From a plasmid: a stretch of DNA of 64,000 nucleotides. The stretch is from the sequence record CP019900.1. One strand, written 5' to 3'. Made by a program: the position numbers and the translations under genes. Below the pieces are notes generated by a model. It saw only the letters and a program-made list of their open reading frames with translations. It was not told where the DNA came from and did no database searches. Shown here one piece after another: positions 60,720 through 64,000 of the stretch; the stretch's first letter is position 1; each line of letters begins with the position of its first letter.

Positions 60720-61631
60720 CTACTCTTTGGGGAGCATCAGCTCTTCCTGTAAAAATCTCCAGAATCCATCTGAAAACTCCGTTGTCAAATCACCCCGGCG
60801 GGATTCCACCGCGCTAAGCTCCGTGAAACCCGCTTCAAGAGAGGGTTCAAAACGTCTGATGATCAGTCCTCTGTCCAGAAACTCGGATGCAGCAAAGTGG
60901 TCGATAACGGCAATAGCCCCACCTTCGAGCACGATTGAACAGGCCGTCAGTGACTGGTTGGTTTCAATCGTTGATGTGCGTTCGATACCCTCAAGAATCA
61001 GACTCAGTCTTTTTGAATAGGTTGAGCCGGGATCCACTTCGATGATGTTTTCACCAATAAGATCGCTGCGGGTCAGCACCATTTTTTCAGCCAGCGGGTG
61101 GCCTTGCGGCAGGGCCACCACGGCATCAATTGAACGCTGGCGACAAAGCATACCTGCACGGTTGAACTGAAAATCCACATAGCCCAGTTCAGCATCACCC
61201 GAGGCGACTTTTTCGATAACAGCGGGTGACGTCGCTGCTTCGAGAGAGACGTGCAGACCTTTTCGGCCCCGGACAAAGCGCCCTACATAGCGCGCAAGCA
61301 TACCCGCTGCCAGAGCTGGCATGGCAAATATTCGCAGCGTACCGGCGAAGTTACGACCAATATCCTGCGCCGCACGTCCTATCCGGTCCAGTCCCACAAA
61401 GGCACTCTGTACTTCCCGCATTAACGTGAACGCAGCCGGCGTCGGAAGCAGCCGGTTGCCGCGCCGATCAAACAGATGAAGATTAGTTGCCCTTTCAAAA
61501 TCGGCAATCAGCCGGCTGACGGCGGGCTGAGTCACAAACATGAGCTCGGCCGCGGCGGTTATCTGTCCTGTCAGCATTACTGCCCGGAATGCTTCGACCT
61601 GTCTTAGATTTAGGCGGTGCGTCTGGTGCAT
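60720..61631 (-). CDS. LysR-family transcriptional regulator
   Basis: N-terminal HTH (LRQVEAFRAVMLTGQITAAAELMFVTQPAVSRLI). Confidence 0.85.
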   Translation of the reverse strand: MHQTHRLNLRQVEAFRAVMLTGQITAAAELMFVTQPAVSRLIADFERATNLHLFDRRGNRLLPTPAAFTLMREVQSAFVGLDRIGRAAQDIGRNFAGTLRIFAMPALAAGMLARYVGRFVRGRKGLHVSLEAATSPAVIEKVASGDAELGYVDFQFNRAGMLCRQRSIDAVVALPQGHPLAEKMVLTRSDLIGENIIEVDPGSTYSKRLSLILEGIERTSTIETNQSLTACSIVLEGGAIAVIDHFAASEFLDRGLIIRRFEPSLEAGFTELSAVESRRGDLTTEFSDGFWRFLQEELMLPKE

Positions 61632-61913
61632 AACATCTCCTTATGACGCAATTCTCCTGTACCGGTAAAATCCTTGAATCCTGTGAGCAGAGATCTGTAA
61701 AGCTACAGGTGAATACAGTAAGGAGGAGTTGAGGTCATAAATAATCAGTATTCAGCTCAAACTAACACCAAAATCCCACGTGATTCAATGTGTAATAGGA
61801 AGCATAATATTTAGTAATGCAAGGTCGGCAAATTTTGATTTTTCACATTCGCCATTCCGTTGCAACACTGCTGTAACAGTGAATAAGCATTTGTGCAATA
61901 CGAAGGTTGAGCT

Positions 61914-62633
61914 ATGTCGATATTTGAACTTTTCTCGTTCGGAGAGGGAGGGTGGGGTTATCTGCTGCTGAGTGCGTTGATAACCACGCTTGGCCTCGCT
62001 ATCGCAGGGATGTGCCTGGGTGCAGTGTTTGGCATTTGTGGCGCGCTTTCTGCCTTATCTGGCATACACGTGTTGCAAGCCTTGACCCGTGTTTACACCA
62101 CTATTATGAGGGGCATTCCCGATCTGCTCGTTGTTTATTTGTTTTACTTCGGGTCATCAAGCGCTCTGACAGCGATAGCACATTTGTTCGGGGCAAAGGG
62201 ATTTGTCGGAGCGCCGGAATTTGCCATTGGCGTCTTTGCGCTGGGGATTGTTTCGGGTGCTTACCTTACGGAAGTTTTCCGTGGAGCGATTCAGGCTATC
62301 GATAAAGGTGAAATAGAGGCTGCGCTGGCTTTTGGCATGCGCCTTCGCCAGCGAATGGTTCGGATTGTTCTGCCACTTGCCTTCCGACATGCACTGTCCG
62401 GGATTGGTAATGTCTGGCAGATGGTTCTGAAAGAAACGGCGTTGCTGTCTGTCATTGGCGTGGTCGAACTTATGCGACAGTCGCAAATTGCCGGCGGTTC
62501 AACGCACAAATATTTTACGTTCTACCTGGCGGCCGCGCTGATTTACTTCGCTATTTCATGGATATCAGGGCGTGGTTTTGCCCGCGCAGAAAAATATACC
62601 ATGCGATCCCTTAACCGCAATTCAGGGCAATAA
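61914..62633 (+). CDS. ABC transporter permease (HisQ/OccQ-like)
   Basis: BPD_transp_1, EAA-like loop; 239 aa. Confidence 0.8.
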   Translation: MSIFELFSFGEGGWGYLLLSALITTLGLAIAGMCLGAVFGICGALSALSGIHVLQALTRVYTTIMRGIPDLLVVYLFYFGSSSALTAIAHLFGAKGFVGAPEFAIGVFALGIVSGAYLTEVFRGAIQAIDKGEIEAALAFGMRLRQRMVRIVLPLAFRHALSGIGNVWQMVLKETALLSVIGVVELMRQSQIAGGSTHKYFTFYLAAALIYFAISWISGRGFARAEKYTMRSLNRNSGQ

Positions 62634-62635
62634 AC

Positions 62636-63355
62636 ATGCTAAACGAAGCCACGTTCATCTATGAAATGTTTATTCGCATGCTGCCCGGTATTCCTCTGAC
62701 ACTGCAGCTTGCAGCAACGTCTATTGCATGCGGTGGTTGCCTTGGGCTGGTGCTGGCCCTGATGCGAACCTCAGGCTGGGCATTGCTGGATGCATTTGCG
62801 CGTGCCTACATCGCCCTTTTCCGTGGAACCCCACTTCTTGTCCAGATTTACCTGATTTATTACGGTCTGAGCCAGTACCCTGAGCTGCGGTCCAGTGTGC
62901 TTTGGCCGCTCCTGCGCCAGCCATGGTGGTGTGCTGTTCTGGCGATGTCACTGAATACGGCAGCGTACGTCGCGGAGATTATTCGCGGCTCAATTATCAC
63001 CGTGCCAAGAGGGCAGGTTGAAGCCGCCATGGCTTGTGGCATGAGCACCGTACTGATGTACCGCCGCATCATTATCCCACAGGCTCTGGTTCGCATGCTC
63101 CCAGCATATGGCAATGAAATCATCCTGATGGTGAAAGCCACCGCCCTGGCCTCAACAATCACGCTGATGGAGGTCACGGGGCTTGCAGCACAGGCGATTT
63201 CAGAAACCTATCGCCCGGTCGAAGTTTTTGCCGCTGCCGGTGTTATTTATCTGGGACTGAATTTCCTGATGGTCAGCATTATTCGGTTGCTTGAGAAAAA
63301 GACCTCAACGGAGGCATCGTCCGGGAAACAAACGCTCAAACGAAGCTATTTCTGA
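62636..63355 (+). CDS. ABC transporter permease (HisM/OccM-like)
   Basis: Second permease, adjacent. Confidence 0.8.
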   Translation: MLNEATFIYEMFIRMLPGIPLTLQLAATSIACGGCLGLVLALMRTSGWALLDAFARAYIALFRGTPLLVQIYLIYYGLSQYPELRSSVLWPLLRQPWWCAVLAMSLNTAAYVAEIIRGSIITVPRGQVEAAMACGMSTVLMYRRIIIPQALVRMLPAYGNEIILMVKATALASTITLMEVTGLAAQAISETYRPVEVFAAAGVIYLGLNFLMVSIIRLLEKKTSTEASSGKQTLKRSYF

Positions 63356-63456
63356 TTTCGCCAACCCGGTGATGTTTACAGCCGGGAGTTTACCGGCACG
63401 CTGCGTTCCAGCGTGCCGATTGAAACCAACATCACAAAAAAATCAGGACAGTAAAA

Positions 63457-64000
63457 TGAAACTAGCCCTTGCCACACTCATTGCCATTCTCTCCGCAGCA
63501 GCAGTTCCTGCACAGGCTCAGGACACCATTAAAATTGCAACCGAAGCCTCTTTTGCCCCCTGGTCCTTTACCAACGCATCAGGAAAGCTTGATGGATTTG
63601 AAATTGAATTTGCAGATGCGCTGTGCACCCGTATTCAAGCGAAGTGCCTGGTCAGCAACCAGAGCTGGGATGGTCTGATCCCCTCGCTGAATGCCGGAAA
63701 ATACGATGCGATTGTTGCCTCTATGAGCATTACGCCGAAACGCCTGGAGGTTATTGACTTCTCTTCACCTTACGCTGCCTCCACTAACTCGTTCCTGGTT
63801 TTAAATGGAAGCCCTGCAGGCGATTTAGACTCCACCGGCATCAACCTGGGTCTGGAAGCGGATAAAGAAAAAGCTGATAAAGCCATCGGAATTATCGATA
63901 AACAACTGAGTGGAAAAATCGTTGGGGTACAGGCTTCAACCACGGGAGCCACATTCATGGCATCACGCTTACCGTCAGCTGAAGTGCGCGAATACAAGAC
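63457..64000 (+). CDS. Second periplasmic amino-acid/opine-binding protein (partial, runs off the window end)
   Basis: Signal peptide; paralogous to 59690-60520 (DTIKIATEASFAPWSF). Confidence 0.75.

Overview
The window is a segment of a large, low-copy IncF-type plasmid (RepFIB-like Rep_3 initiator with iterons), probably enterobacterial or Klebsiella-like by gene content; the sequence itself does not identify the host. Content in order: (1) 1-2.6 kb, a ferritin gene followed by an IS5 copy that is disrupted by a nested IS3-family element. (2) ~2.6-13.6 kb, a mosaic-GC accessory or defence-type island bounded by IS elements and a tyrosine recombinase. It holds a minimal CBASS-like pair (SMODS/CD-NTase nucleotidyltransferase plus a SLATT-like transmembrane effector) and four operons of unknown function, three of which start with ribbon-helix-helix (RHH)-like N-termini; an IS407-group insertion with a 4-bp TSD lies in the middle. 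(3) 13.6-25 kb, plasmid maintenance: integrase, oriV with DnaA boxes, repA, a 15 x 39-bp iteron array, SopAB-like ParAB, a umuDC operon with its LexA box, a group II intron abutting that box, and a ParMR-like second partition system. (4) 25-43 kb, the conjugative leading region: orphan MTase, two ArdB/KlcA, ArdA, Frpo-like ssDNA-promoter repeats, ssb, a ParB-like nuclease, psiBA, a hok/sok locus split by an IS481-family insertion, and a MTase-like protein lacking catalytic motifs. (5) 43-55 kb, the lytic transglycosylase gene, oriT with an F-type nic site, traM, then an IS903 whose insertion or deletion removed traJ through the 5' part of traD, leaving truncated traD, traI, traX and finO. (6) 56-64 kb, an opine/amino-acid-type FAD dehydrogenase operon with a LysR regulator and a polar amino-acid ABC transporter. 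The best candidates for an undescribed system are the unknown operons packed around the CBASS pair, especially 9567-12033.
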